In this document: positions 35,777 through 48,270 of the stretch, piece by piece
Layout of the letters: every line of letters begins with the position of its first letter
Numbering within the stretch: position 1 is the stretch's first letter
NCBI GenBank assembly: GCA_977018835.1
Contig: OZ361256.1
Span: forward strand, 2,914,001 to 2,978,000
Direction: 5' to 3'
Length of the DNA: 64,000 nt
DNA from: Minutocellus sp. GHC0000111
Taxonomy: Eukaryota
Made by a program: the position numbers and the translations under genes
Notes under the pieces: model-generated
Seen by the model: the letters and a program-made list of their open reading frames with translations, nothing else
The model's database searches: none
What the model was told of the DNA's origin: nothing

Positions 35777-36295
35777 GCTCGTCCTACTTTTTCGGCAGTG
35801 ACGTTTTGACGAGGACTGCCCAGAGGACCTACTACTGAAAAGTGGCATGTCTCGTGCTGATTCGATTCACTCCTCCAAAAAAGAACTATTCAAAGATACG
35901 AGCCCGGATATAAGTGTAGTTGGCGAATAAGAGTAAGGTTAAGAGCGCTTGCCGTCAGAGGAGCAATTACCTCTTCTGCTCCTTGTCAGCTTGTCAGCGG
36001 CGGTCAGCGGACGACCCACTTGCAGCAGCGTCGAAGGCCAGACGACATAAAATAAATTGGCTCATATCCCAATGCAAGAGAGGAGTGACGATGAGATATG
36101 ATGCACTCTCTCTGCAAGCAGCAATGTGCCCTTTGCAAAAGGCGAAGTAAAGATCTAAAGCGGTGCAAAAAGTATAAATGGGCTAGTTATTGCGGTCGCG
36201 AGTGCCAGTTGAATCATTGGAAGGAGGGCCATAAGGCCGAGTGCAAGAAGAAATATTAGAAAGTAATATTCTACCTACAGTAGTTATTTCAGGTA

Positions 36296-37548
36296 TCACG
36301 AAAACCCACTGACAAGTCGCTGCCGTTGCTTCGCCTTTTCCATGGCCTCGTCTAATTCTTTGGTAACATATCCCGGCTCCTTCCCACTTCCATTCTCGCA
36401 CAGATACAAAAACAACGGGATGATATATCGAACTCCCTTGGTCACTGGACTACCACCATGTCTGATCGTGCCAGGAAAAGCCACGACACCACCAGCGTCG
36501 GCATTCAAAGTCAAGGGCCCAAAATCACCCTTCTTACTGCCGCCGTCGGCCTCGCTAAGTCGGATAGACTCGAAGCATGTTCCGCCTCCCTCGTATTCGC
36601 TCCGATCGTTCAGTGCAATGGTAAACGAGAAAGCTGACTCGTCCGTATGGACCGCAAGCGAATTTTGTGCCCCTGCATTATCACCGTCATATTTCACAAT
36701 GAAAGAATCGTGTGCCCTCAGATGATCTGGACTCGAAATCTCGGGATATCGAGCCGCCAGCATGGGAAACAACGTCGTGGCCAGCTTGTCGTTGAACCAG
36801 TCCAATAATTCGGGAATGTCTTTGACGGGCATGTCGGTGGTGGCCGCCTGGGTGTGCCGGCTGCTGGTCCATCCACCATGACTGGCGGCATGTGTTTCGG
36901 CTATTTCAATGGCTTTGGCGCATTCCTTCTTGGGAAGCAGCGGCCCCTTGCTCACTTGCACCCGGGGCTTGTCTCCCCGTGCCGTCCACGATACCGTTCG
37001 AAAGTCCTCCGCCTTTTGACCGACATCATACGTGTCAAACTCACAGCTGATGGCGTTGGGATCGACCGCCTTGTCGTCTGGGAGTGGCCCACCAAAATAC
37101 TTGGCGGAATGTCCCGATATAGCCGTATAGGCACCGCCCAGCATGTCATCGCCCGGTGCGGCGATATTGCCCAACCGAAACACCTCCTCAGCTTCGGCGT
37201 AGTCTCTCCCAATTTCATCAATACGCTGCCCAGTTCGAGCCATGGTCGTGGTGAGGTGGGGGAGGATTTGACTTCGGACAGCTTGGCCTTGAGTGCCTTT
37301 TCGTAGGCCGTTTCCTCCTTGGTGGCTACCTTGGCACCGAACCCACCGCCTGCCTTCTTCGCCGGTTTCTTCTTCTTGCCGCCGCCTCCCTTCTTGGCAG
37401 GCAGGGCAGTACCGGTACTGCTTGTGGGGGGAACGGAAGAAGATGACACATGCGAGATGATGGTTTGAGCTGGAACAAATGCATAAACTTCGCCAAGACA
37501 ACCCAGTGAAACCACCAGCGCAGCGGAAGACGCGACGAATAGCTTCAT
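36296..37548 (-). CDS. 2OG-Fe(II) oxygenase (prolyl/lysyl hydroxylase-like) with a TPR-like helix pair and plastid presequence; frameshift near 37205
   Basis: VYAFVP presequence; FIVKY...LAVHTDESAFSFTIALN...YEGGGT...RHGGSPVTKGVRY. Confidence 0.85.
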
Positions 37549-40500
37549 AATCAGCAAAAGGGGACGCCGGTGTTGGTTATGAAGACACGCTTCCCTTCGC
37601 CGCTCGACAACTCGACCTCAGCTGCTTGCTTGAGTCGCATCGGAGAAATGAAGAATGACGTTGGAGTTCGTCCGTCCGTCTGTCCACATACGTACGTAAA
37701 TCCATGTCCGTATCCGTACGTAATGAAGGTGCCATACGCGTACGTACCACCATCCCTTGGTACCACACCTGCTTCCAGCCCACACCAACACGCCGATTCG
37801 TTTTGCCTGCATACCCATGCTCCTGGTCGCAGACGCAAAAGGAGTCACGCCACTTGTACTAATTTCACGAGAAAATGGCGCCAAAATGGGCACCACCGCT
37901 CCCTGGCATAGCGCGAGTACCATCAAGTAACTTTTGGTAGTAAACGGTTAGCTGCTAGTTCATACTATCGAGAACCACTGTGCCGGTTACTACCAAAATT
38001 CACTGGAATTGGAGCGACATTTCTCTACTTTCCATTGACCCCCTCTTGGCGCCATCCACCGACGGCAACGCGAGGATCAGCAGGGATCTGGAGGTGGATT
38101 GTTGTTAGTTTTATCAACCCAACCACCGATTTTATGCTTTGAATCAACCATAGTGGTGCATAGGGCCGTAGAAAAAGCACCTATCGTTGAAACGAACACC
38201 AACTACTTCGATTAGCGTCGGTGCAGTAAAATTCTGTGCTGGTGGAGGTTGATTTTCGCCCCCCAATTGGACTCATCGGTACCGACAATGTCAATGTGGA
38301 GACACTTTTTATACATTTATCGGTTGTATCACCTAGCTGCATATATGGGGTCATTAGAAATTGCCTGGAGGTGAAGAGAAAGGGGTACTTCTTGTCTATT
38401 TGGTGCATGTGGAACATCTTGGTGAAATGGGCTGGAGGCCGAGGCGCCCTGAGTCTGAGATGTAGAATTGATGCTGTCCGCCCCATGCACGCAAACTCGT
38501 GAACACTCCCATGCATTTGTCTCCTAGCATTATATATCTTTCGACTTTTGATGAGTTTCATTGGGTTACTGCGAGTGATGGGTATAAATTTATTGATTGC
38601 ATTCAATTTTTATGGGGCTCTCAGCAAGATTGCCGGAGGTCAACCTTGCTGAGGGAGGATGATGATAGATCGGCATGAGGACGCAACCAAGAGTATTCTT
38701 TTTGCTTTAGTTCCATTATTTTTTTTAGCGCAGCAGCAATTCAGCGCAGCAGCAATTCCTCGCCTATACTATTGTTACAAAAGGGTCTATGTCTAGATAC
38801 CGCCCTACAGCTTGCTAACAAACTGATTTACCAAAGTGAATTGGTAGCGGGCCAACAAAATGAAGTGAATTAATTCTGAGGTTTCGTTTCTCCAGTTGGC
38901 CTGAGTTTCCCGTCCAAAGTTTCTCAGAGGTGTAAAGTTGTCGCGGTAGGGTAATGCAAGAACCCGAACGTCTAACCTCCGATGAAACCGATAATAAAAA
39001 TAATCAACCAAAATTGTTTTGCACGTGATAAAGTGACTTGAAAGAACCTGGTTGGAGGCCCAACTTGTCCTCCACCCTTGCTCCCCATCGATCAACATCT
39101 CGGCCTTCCACCATCCAGGTCTGTAAATCCACGGACCCAACGTCGTCGAACCCAAAGAAGCGAAGAGTATTCCGGTAGCCATGTCGTAGCGTTTGGCAAG
39201 GCCGTCCCCGTGCTCGATTTGAGTGGGTTGATCTGACCGTGGGGTCGCCCGAAGGCTTGACCCATGATGCCAAGAGTGCTCGCACGATCTATGCTTACCA
39301 GCACACCAATGAGCATTTATTCGGGCTATCTCCATTATGTATACATATAAGAAGTTATTTTTATGTAAGTAATGTGTTCTTGTCTACTCAATGGGGTTTT
39401 GTAGCCATGGTCATCAACAGTAGTTGCGATGGGGCCACCGCAGAGCCCGCGACCTTGCTCTCACACATTAGTAACATCTATAAATATCAAAGTAAGCCAT
39501 TTTACTACAGCTACTACCCATAGAATTCCACCCGATATATACCCTGGTGCGGCTCTATGAGAGTGTTGTCGAGTTCGTGGTTATTTGTTGAGTATAAGCC
39601 CTGACTCTTCGTGAAGGTCAACGACCACCGACATTTACGATAAAATCGTCAAATTTTCACATCGACTTGCCTCCATTATTTTCCTTGCCAGCACAAAGGA
39701 CCTTTCATGAGCATAGAGGCCGCTCGGGTATACCAAGGGCCGTTGTTTAATGCCCTTCCCGTTGAGTAGATGTAGTTGATTGTTGTTCAGTACCAACATT
39801 GGTATTTCGAATCAGAACCCCGTCAAATCTGGCGTCGACCTCCACGAAACATTCAGATACTTATTAAATCGTCAATCTTTGCAGCAACCCCGCGAAACTT
39901 TCCATCCCTGAGCCGCCTCATATCATATGTAGGTGGGAATAAGGTACTGATGTGGTGAATGGACGTGCATGCACCCAAACTATCGTCATGTTGATATTTT
40001 GACCGACGAAACTACGGAAACTTTCCACCCAAAAATGACAACATGACATAGTTTGGCCGAACCATCGACCCAATTGCCAGAAAAATGCTATCGGACCTCA
40101 GCGTGGGTACATACCACCCGAACGGAAGCCTCACTATCGTTGATTTGGCGTAGATAGGTACACCTATTGAGAAAGTGATATCGCGGTGGAGAAGTTGAGG
40201 AGAATCTGGAAGTTCTGACTTTACCTGTCATTGTGTGATAATGCAATAGGTTCCAAACACAAACTCAACAATGAACACATACTCTTCCATTCTTTGGTAC
40301 ATACCTTGGCAGGATTGAACGAGAATCGGCACCCCAGGGCTCAATTTCAAGATCTATTCCACCTCATCTGATTTTGGCGCCAATCCCAACACCGGAAAAA
40401 TTTCGGCAAATCCACAAAGCCCCAACGAAATTATCCACTTGCTGACACCCAAACCGCAGAAGAAGCACATCGATCGCTCCAGTAGAGGCATGGTAGCGAA

Positions 40501-41151
40501 ATATCAAAAGTTGTATAGACACTCTAAGCGGATTTTTCCGAGCAATAAGGCCACATCGACACTGAGGATCGTTTTTGCAGAGGAATCAGATTCTTGATTT
40601 TTGAGACGGCGTCGGCGTTTCGCGACTGTTGCACATGCGAACTCAAAACCACTGCCCCACCGCCCCTCGATGCTACCATTGGATCGATGTTTCAAGTCAT
40701 CAAACGTTGGCAATCTCTCATCATATCGACGCCAGCGTTACTTTTCTTTGCGATTGTAGCGTGGATGTCGAGGTCGGCCGATGACATGCGCCGGTAGTCA
40801 ATTTTCGTCGGTATCAGGAATGGGATGCTCAGAATGACGACTCACTGGCCAAGCCACATGTATAGAGAAGAGTTACTGAGGCGGGCATGGTTGGTGCATA
40901 TCATCTTGGGGGTCGTCTGGGCACATCACATGCCGGCTTGAGGGAAATTGTGAGAAATGGCACAGTCGAGAGAGAAGAAGTCGGGACATGTCGGAATGAC
41001 GTGACACTACTAAAGATTAGAGGATCCCTATTACAAAAGATCGGCTTTTATTTTATTACCAAAACGCACGCAAAAGCAGGCCGCGTGTTGGTGTGAGCCA
41101 TCATCACATAAGACATGTGATGTTCTCATTCATGCCTGCTCCCTTTGAACG

Positions 41152-42322
41152 ATGAAGAGCCACACCAAAGAAGCGAATGGGTCCAGCGAACAAGCAGCAT
41201 CGGGAGATGCAAATGCCGCAATGCCTGCTTCGCCGGCATCCTCGCTCACACAAGATGTAGAAGCGATCCACCAAAGATACGACTCAACAGGTCCGCATAC
41301 CGCTCTTATCCTGCCCATTATCAACTTTGTCTCCAGTCTAATTGTTATTGCCACCCGTCTCATTGGATTGGATGCGGTGGTTTCCATGGCGTTATCGGCT
41401 GGCCTGACAGTCTATGTGTACAATGCCACCGAAGAAAATGGAACGTTCGACGGTGGCGTGATGAGTTGGACACTCCTTACTTTCGCAGTAGTGACACCCC
41501 TCTCCGCCAGCGTTGGGATGGCGTTCAATCGGAGGGAGAAGGCGTTGGTATATTTGAAGACGATACGAAGCTCGATGATAAACATGTACCTTGCCCATGT
41601 CAGTTGGGATTGGCCCAAAAGGGGTCAACCGGAAAGTGGCCGGGAAGCATGCACCGTTATTGGCTCAGATGCGAAGGAAAAGGAAGATTGGGTGGCGTAT
41701 GGAGACGAAGTGTTGAGCGGTCTGCTCGGCCTAATTGAGGAGCTGCGCATGATGTTATTATTGCCCACATCTTCCCGGGCACGCCACAAGGTCCTGCCAA
41801 AAGGCATAGAAGAAGCCCAGGACATTCACGAAGTATCGGAACGCATTCACAAATCGCTGGTTGGTCGGATGGCAGCACTTTCAGCTCAGTGCGAATATCT
41901 CAAGCTGCAGGGGTTGCCGGGGAATGAAGCTAGTAGAATTCGCCAGTGGGAGCAATTCATTCTTGATAGCATTGAAGGCTTGAGGCAAATCAAGAGCTAC
42001 AGAACACCTCAGGCTCTGAGGAGCTATTCTCGGCTGCTATCAGTGATTATACCGCCGCTGTTTTGCCCTTATTACGCCGATCTGGCAAGAAGTACTGGAT
42101 CGCTTGGTCTGGGAATTTTTTTACGCGATATTGACGGCAGTGGCCTTGTCTGGTTTGTTCGATTGTGTCGCGCAACTGGAAGATCCCTTCTTTGGTCACA
42201 CATCACTCGACGGGGTGAATGTGCAGGAGGAGCTGGGGAAGTGCTTCAACGGTCATTTGCTATTATTGCGATATCAAAAGTTTGCAGATGCCAAGCCATT
42301 CGAAAGGGAACCCAACAAATAG
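41152..42322 (+). CDS. Bestrophin-like multi-pass membrane protein (frameshift in a T-run near 42120)
   Basis: Several TM helices; AFNRREKAL, IKSYRTPQALRSY, QLEDPF. Confidence 0.6.
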
Positions 42323-42375
42323 AATTTAGAAGTCTTACCTACCCCTACTAGCTGCATAGCTACGTAGCTAGGAAT

Positions 42376-42924
42376 CTACTCTCCATCTGAATAAGAGTCC
42401 ACCAATCGTTGCCTCTCACTCTTTTGCATATCGATCATATCTTCGTCGCATGATTGGGCTGCTAGAACAGCATACGAGAGCCTTCCAACACCACCGCTGA
42501 GAATCCATTCCTCCATGTATACCTTGTTGACATGCGCATATCTTGTCTCCTTGATTCCCTCATTGCTCCCGACAGATCTTTCCAAGCTAACAACCTTTGG
42601 TACTTCCACGTCGAAATCCAACAAAAGAGAGTGGGCCAAAATCTTGGGATATCGGCGCGCACAATTGATCGCCTTGCTCTTGGCTTGGCGCCAAAATGCC
42701 ACCACGCCCCATGTGTAGCCTAACTAACTCCCGGCCACGAAGGGCAGGAGCGGACCGCACGAAAGTAGGGCGCCGGTTTGGCCCGCCACGAGACCAAGGG
42801 TCAAGCTGGAGTAGAGGGATGAAGCGAGGCATTTGGCCACGAAGCGAGCACGTGCCGGTACGCTCACGCCGGTGAAGGAGATGAGACTGGCTAGGCCATC
42901 GAAGCGAGAGTTGTCGTCGGACAT
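42376..42924 (-). CDS. Hypothetical small membrane protein with an in-frame TAG at 42724-42726
   Basis: Two ORFs in the same frame: ...PFVAGS*LGYTWGVVAFWR...; probably TGG->TAG. Confidence 0.6.
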
Positions 42925-43139
42925 GATAATGGGCAGCAGTTGATCTATTGATATGTATTACAAATCAGCAAAGAATGCCGCAAGGCCGATTAGTAGAATC
43001 CGCGCCACTGGAGCGCGGAAGACCGATTGCTTTCTTTTGCTCGCTCATCTTTGAAAGATTCTTTTTGGTCTGTCCGCCGTTACACGCCCCATGGTTTCTC
43101 CAGCCACCTTGAATGAATGTGCTGTTTGCTACGTAGCTA

Positions 43140-43309
43140 CAGTCCGTTCTCACCTATAAGCAATTGAGTCTCGGGCCCGAGGTCTCAAATTGCTTATTTT
43201 GGAATAAGGAATAACATGCGATTGAGGTACCAATTAGAATAAGCAATATGCTCAGAATCTCAGCCCTCGCCTAAGCAATTTCCAATTGCTTATAGGTGAG
43301 AACGGACTG
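43140..43309. mobile_element. 170-bp Tc1/mariner(pogo)-type MITE
   Basis: Perfect 27-bp TIR cagtccgttctcacctataagcaattg (43140-43166)/caattgcttataggtgagaacggactg (43283-43309), flanked by TA on both sides, with internal taagcaat/attgctta motifs. Confidence 0.93.
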
Positions 43310-43342
43310 TACGTAGCTACTCTAGAGATCTCCTTATGTAAC

Positions 43343-43605
43343 TATTGCGGAAGCAAACGTTTGCAGATGCCAAGTCATTCGAAAGGGAAACCAACAAATA
43401 GAACTAAGAAGTGTTACCTAGATTTTTACCCATACTAGGTAGCTACATGTAGCTAGGAATCGAATCGATTCTCCATTTGAATAAGAATCGACCAATCTGC
43501 TTTGCCTCTCGTTCATCTGCGTCTCAACAATATGTTCGTCACATGATTGGGCAGCTAGCTAGTAGTAGCTAGAACAGCATATGAAAGCCTTCCAATGCCG
43601 CCATT
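43343..43605 (+). repeat. Diverged direct duplicate of ~42264-42497 (3' ends of the two convergent genes)
   Basis: Shared gtttgcagatgccaag.cattcgaaagggaa.ccaacaaatagaa, ctccat.tgaataaga and catgattggg...gctagaacagcata.ga.agccttccaa. Confidence 0.88.
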
Positions 43606-43798
43606 CAAACTAACTATTAAATTTGCGTGCGTACATGTCGCGTCCAATATTGACGTAGGACTGACTATCGGATAAGCTCGCCATAGTGTTCAATCAACCC
43701 TCACTTTGGAATCCTACACTACTGGTAGTAAATATATATATATTGTCATTACTACTAAATTTATGATTGATAGATCGCCTCGAGACAATGTTCCAGGC

Positions 43799-46700
43799 CT
43801 ATAGACTCTTCTCATTAGCAATCCTCAAACGATCTGCTAAAGCCGTCGCCCCCCAGTCGGAGAAAGCTTGCAAGGCTTTGTCGTAGTGGTGTCTCGCCCA
43901 GTAAGTGTCTTCGCTTTTCTTTAAATGATACTGCATAAATCTCTCATGTGCCAAAGCCCTATCGTGTATGAATCCGTTGCGACTTGAAGTGGCAATGGCT
44001 TCTCCATACTCCTTCTCGGCCACCGCCGCCTTACCCTGCACCCGCGCTTGTTCTGCTCGGAGCAAATGAAACATGTGCAAAGTATTGACGTTGCCCGCCT
44101 TTACCCACTTTTGCATTTGGTTCATAAAGGCAGTTCCTCGTTTGATCCACTTACGACGATGGTGATTCTCGATGTCAGCCATGGCAAAACAGGTAAGGCC
44201 TTGGAACAATGCAGACCTGTAGATGCCGACATAAGCCGGGGCGACGGTTTCCCACGGCTTAATGTCATCCAAAATTTCGCTTGCCAGGTTATACCGACCA
44301 AAATAGTACGCAAGCTCCAATCGTTGGCTGTGCACAGTATTCAACGCCGACTGGTGGCCACACGCAGTTGCTTCCTTGAGGAGTTGGCCTTCGTCCATTG
44401 CAATGCCAGTGAGCGTGAGAGGATCGTCTGCGTAGCCCAAGAGATTCAGAACCATTTGCCGATGCGGTACCTGTGGGCGAAAGGGGAGGATGTTGTTGAT
44501 GTGGGTTGCATTCCGTGAGTAAAAAAGACACGGTCAACAACAACAACGATGACAACAACGACATCAGAGAACACATACCAAACAATTATAGATCGCATCC
44601 TGCTGATAAAACTGAATAGTCTCGCAGCACTGTCCCAAGAGGTCTTCCATATATAAATCAGGTTCTTATTTCCAGCAATCCAGGAAAAACATCCTACATA
44701 AAACACATGCCACATTGCTGCCTCATTGTCGCCGGCTTTCAAACCAATTTCGCAATTCTTCTCGCAAGGAGCGACCAGTTTCTGAATGGGCACCGTCCAT
44801 GCTTTCACAAAGTTATCAGTGCACATCAATGAATACGCCATTTCATCCTTTGGCTTGAGTCTTTCGAGTAATTGCTCTGTAATCTTTGCGATCTCAAATC
44901 CGCCCTTCAGATCGCCCATGGAAACAAGGATGATACCGTGCGCTGCGAAAGCTGCGCAGCCTATTTCGGAAAGTCCATATTTGAGAGACCAACGAAGCCA
45001 TCGCCACACCACGACCGGCATGATGGGATCGCCACTTTTAAACAAGGGGTGCGAGAAAAGATGCGAGAAGTGAATAAATTAGAACATATAGATAATATTC
45101 AGTCACTGTGACAACTGGATTTGTTTCTTCCCTGCCTGCAGAATTCGCTTGTTAGCACTCACTGTTGAAAAGTTAGGATGCAAAGCGCCTTGAATACCTT
45201 GAGAGCACGGAGGCGATTCTTATCGGTCATTAAAGGTAGATCTAAACACTTTCCATCATACTTTTTGAGCAGAAGCTTGGTCTTCATAAACTCCTTAATT
45301 ACAAATGGCATCGGCGCCTTCTTCGGAAAGGGCTTGTAGCCGATATCCTTCAGGTGCGCGTGCGGGGTGGGATGTTGGGGGTTAGAGAAGTAAAACATAT
45401 CGTATTATAATGTCGTATCATATATAATAATAATGTGTCGAAAATAGACACACAAGGGTCGGGAACTTACCTTCAGCATTTTCTGCCCGAGAGCCAGGGC
45501 TTCATCATATTGGTGCCGAACATAAAGGCTATTGCATCGCGTCATTTGTAGGGGGAAACTTTCCTCGACCGTGAGGCTGCCCAATGACAGAATCGCATCT
45601 AAGCATTCATTCATTTTGTCAGTATCTCCCTTACAGTAGTGTGCTTGGGAAGCTAGACCATACAAATCGACATGCAGCTGGCGATTATCTTCAAAAGGCA
45701 AGTTGTCTAGAGCCCCGATGCCAGACATAAAATATGCCGCCGCGTAAGAAAATGCGGAGTTCTGTACTGCTTGCTTCCCTGCTCGAAGGTTCAGTTGAGC
45801 AAAGTGCTCTTCATCTTTGGGCGAAGATGCAAACAACGACGGATCGGAGTTGCAAAGATCAACGGCAAGAAGAAGAACACCATAAAGTTCTTCGGGGCTC
45901 GCCTGATCAACGATCGATTTGCCAATTTTTGCCTGCAACAATTGGCGGTCTTCCTCAACAACCAAGTTAAACGCCGCCGCTTGAATTTGATCATGCACAA
46001 AACAATATGTCGTGGGGTCGACGCGGCGCAGTACCCCCTCTTCGACAGAGTGTGAAAGGACACCTTCAAGGCAAAGGGAAGGGGTCTTGTACTTCTCCAG
46101 TGCAAATTCGTTGAAAGCGCCCGGGAACGCGTTAGAGGCAAGCTGAAGGGTGTTCCAGCTAAACTCGCACCCCAAACAAGACGCAACCTGAAGAATCATC
46201 TGGGCCTCGAGCGGGAGAGCTTGAAGTTTTTGCTCCATGAGATCTGTGACATTGGCAGTAACGTACTATTGGTCGGGCGTAGGGCGTCGGTTTGTGAAAC
46301 GCATAAAGAACATATTATAGATCCAAAAATGAAATGGGTGTTAGCTCGGAGCAGAAAATAAATGTATTAATATCACACACAATGATCCATACCTAGGTAC
46401 TACGCAGCCCACTCACCTTCTTATTGATCTTTTCGACATCCCACGTCCACTTGAACGTGCCAAAGTTGAACGTTAGGAGCTCCTCTCGTTCCAGGGCACC
46501 AAGGAAAGATATAATGTGGAAGGGGTTTCCCAGTGTCTTTTCCTTGACGACATCCGATAGGCTCGTGACCTTCTCCTTTGGCTGCTGCAGCACATCGGCG
46601 ACCAGAGCATTCACGTCGTCTGCCCCAAGATCACCGAGAGCTATGTAGGTCTGCCTCCTTTCGGGGGTTGCGGGAGACTTGATCCGTTCGATCGTTTGGG

Positions 46701-48094
46701 CCAGGGGGTGGCCTTCGTCCACCTCGTTGTCTCGATACGTGCCGACAAGTAAGATCGAGCCTCCGGTGTCGTGGTCCGTTGCCATCGATTCCAGCAGACC
46801 GAGAGAGTCTGCATCGGCAAATTGCAAGTCGTCGAGGAACAGCACGAAGGGGACGCCGGCCCCGCCAATGGACGCCATGAACCGTTTCAATGTGAAGAGC
46901 AGACGATTCTTGGCCTCGATACTCACCTCGACGCCATCCTCGGAGTCGGCGGCACTGGCGCTGACGCTGTCATTTTCATCGTCAGCGGGGGCTGCGGCTG
47001 CGCTTTCCCCGAGGATATCTCGGAGATCGGGCACGAGCTGCGTCAGAAGGGGTACCGTCCTCCCCCACCGCCTCGACGATGCCCTCCTTGACGACGCCCC
47101 CGGCTGCCTTGCCCAGACCATTCAGCTCGTCGGCCAGATCCTCAAAGGCGGAGACGAAGCCAGCGTACGGCCGCTGATGCTGCTGGAGATCGAACTTGCC
47201 CTTGAGGTAGATCATCCTCGCCCGGCGTTTGGACGGCTGGCTCTTGTACGTGAGCGCGTCTTCGACGAGGGCCGTCTTTCCGCTTCCCGAGTGTCCCGCC
47301 ACCAATACGAGCTCCAGGCCATTGTCGCTGGTCATCGGCACGCCGCCGTCCTCGCCTTGCCCCTTGTTGCCACCGGCGGCAGCCCCACCCGGACCGGCCT
47401 GGGCTTCCTGTTCCTGCGCGCGGCGGCCCTTGACGTGCTCGGACAGCGAATCCCTCGTCTTGGCGGAGGATGCCCCTGAAGCAGAGAACGAAGAAGACGA
47501 CAACGACATGCATGTACTACCGGTGACGCTGTCGATGTCTTTGCCGCCGAGGGCCTTTTGGGACCCTCCCCGCCGATGCCCCAGCTGCGGCGCGCCCGCG
47601 ACCCGGGCGTACGCGTCGCGGAGGAGCGCCTTCTCTCGGTCGCGTCCGACCAGGCCGAGATTGGCGGTCTTGAGCTTGTTCAGGGTGAGGCTGGACCTCC
47701 CCCGGCCTGACTGGCTGCGGGAGGACGCGCGCTTGGCCGCCCCGGCGATGGACCGCATCGACGCCGCCCGCAAGCCGCTCGAGCTGTCTCCCATGCCCAG
47801 CGTCGACGAGGAGGCGTCCACGAGCCCCCCGCTGTCGCTCCCCCACTCGGAGAAGCTGGCGAGGCTCTGCCCGAGCCGCAGGGGGCGGGGTGGAATTGGA
47901 ATTGTTCGGGCCCTGCGACACGGACGGGACGGAGTCATGAAGGTCGGAGATCGAAGAATCCGAGAGTGTTGTTGAGGACGCGCGACGAGTGCTACCGCCG
48001 CTCGTCTGCGGCTGCATCCTGCCCCCCTTCTGCCCGACAAGTCCGTATCGGTCAGAGAACCGGTCCTCTGGGTATTGCCGCTGGTAGTGGCCAT
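43799..48094 (-). CDS. STAND NTPase (AAA_16-like) + TPR-like protein related to the core of multi-sensor hybrid kinases; several introns and frameshifts
   Basis: LVGRDRE, Walker A GHSGSGKT, KGKFD...PY, Walker B VLFLDDLQFAD, GTYRDNEV, KTLGNPF, FVHDQIQAAAF, DRALAHER, DWGA. The start is uncertain. Confidence 0.85.
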
Positions 48095-48270
48095 TGTGCT
48101 AGCATGCATACAGTACCCGGCCGAGAAAAAAAGTTCAGAGATGGGCTGGCTCTTGGAGAGCGAATCTATCAAAATGAATAATGAGCTGGCAATCGATAAT
48201 CGGCCGCGACCAAGGTATGCATAATGACTTTACATAAGCCCTTGTTTCACTTTGGTCTGCGGCAACATCG

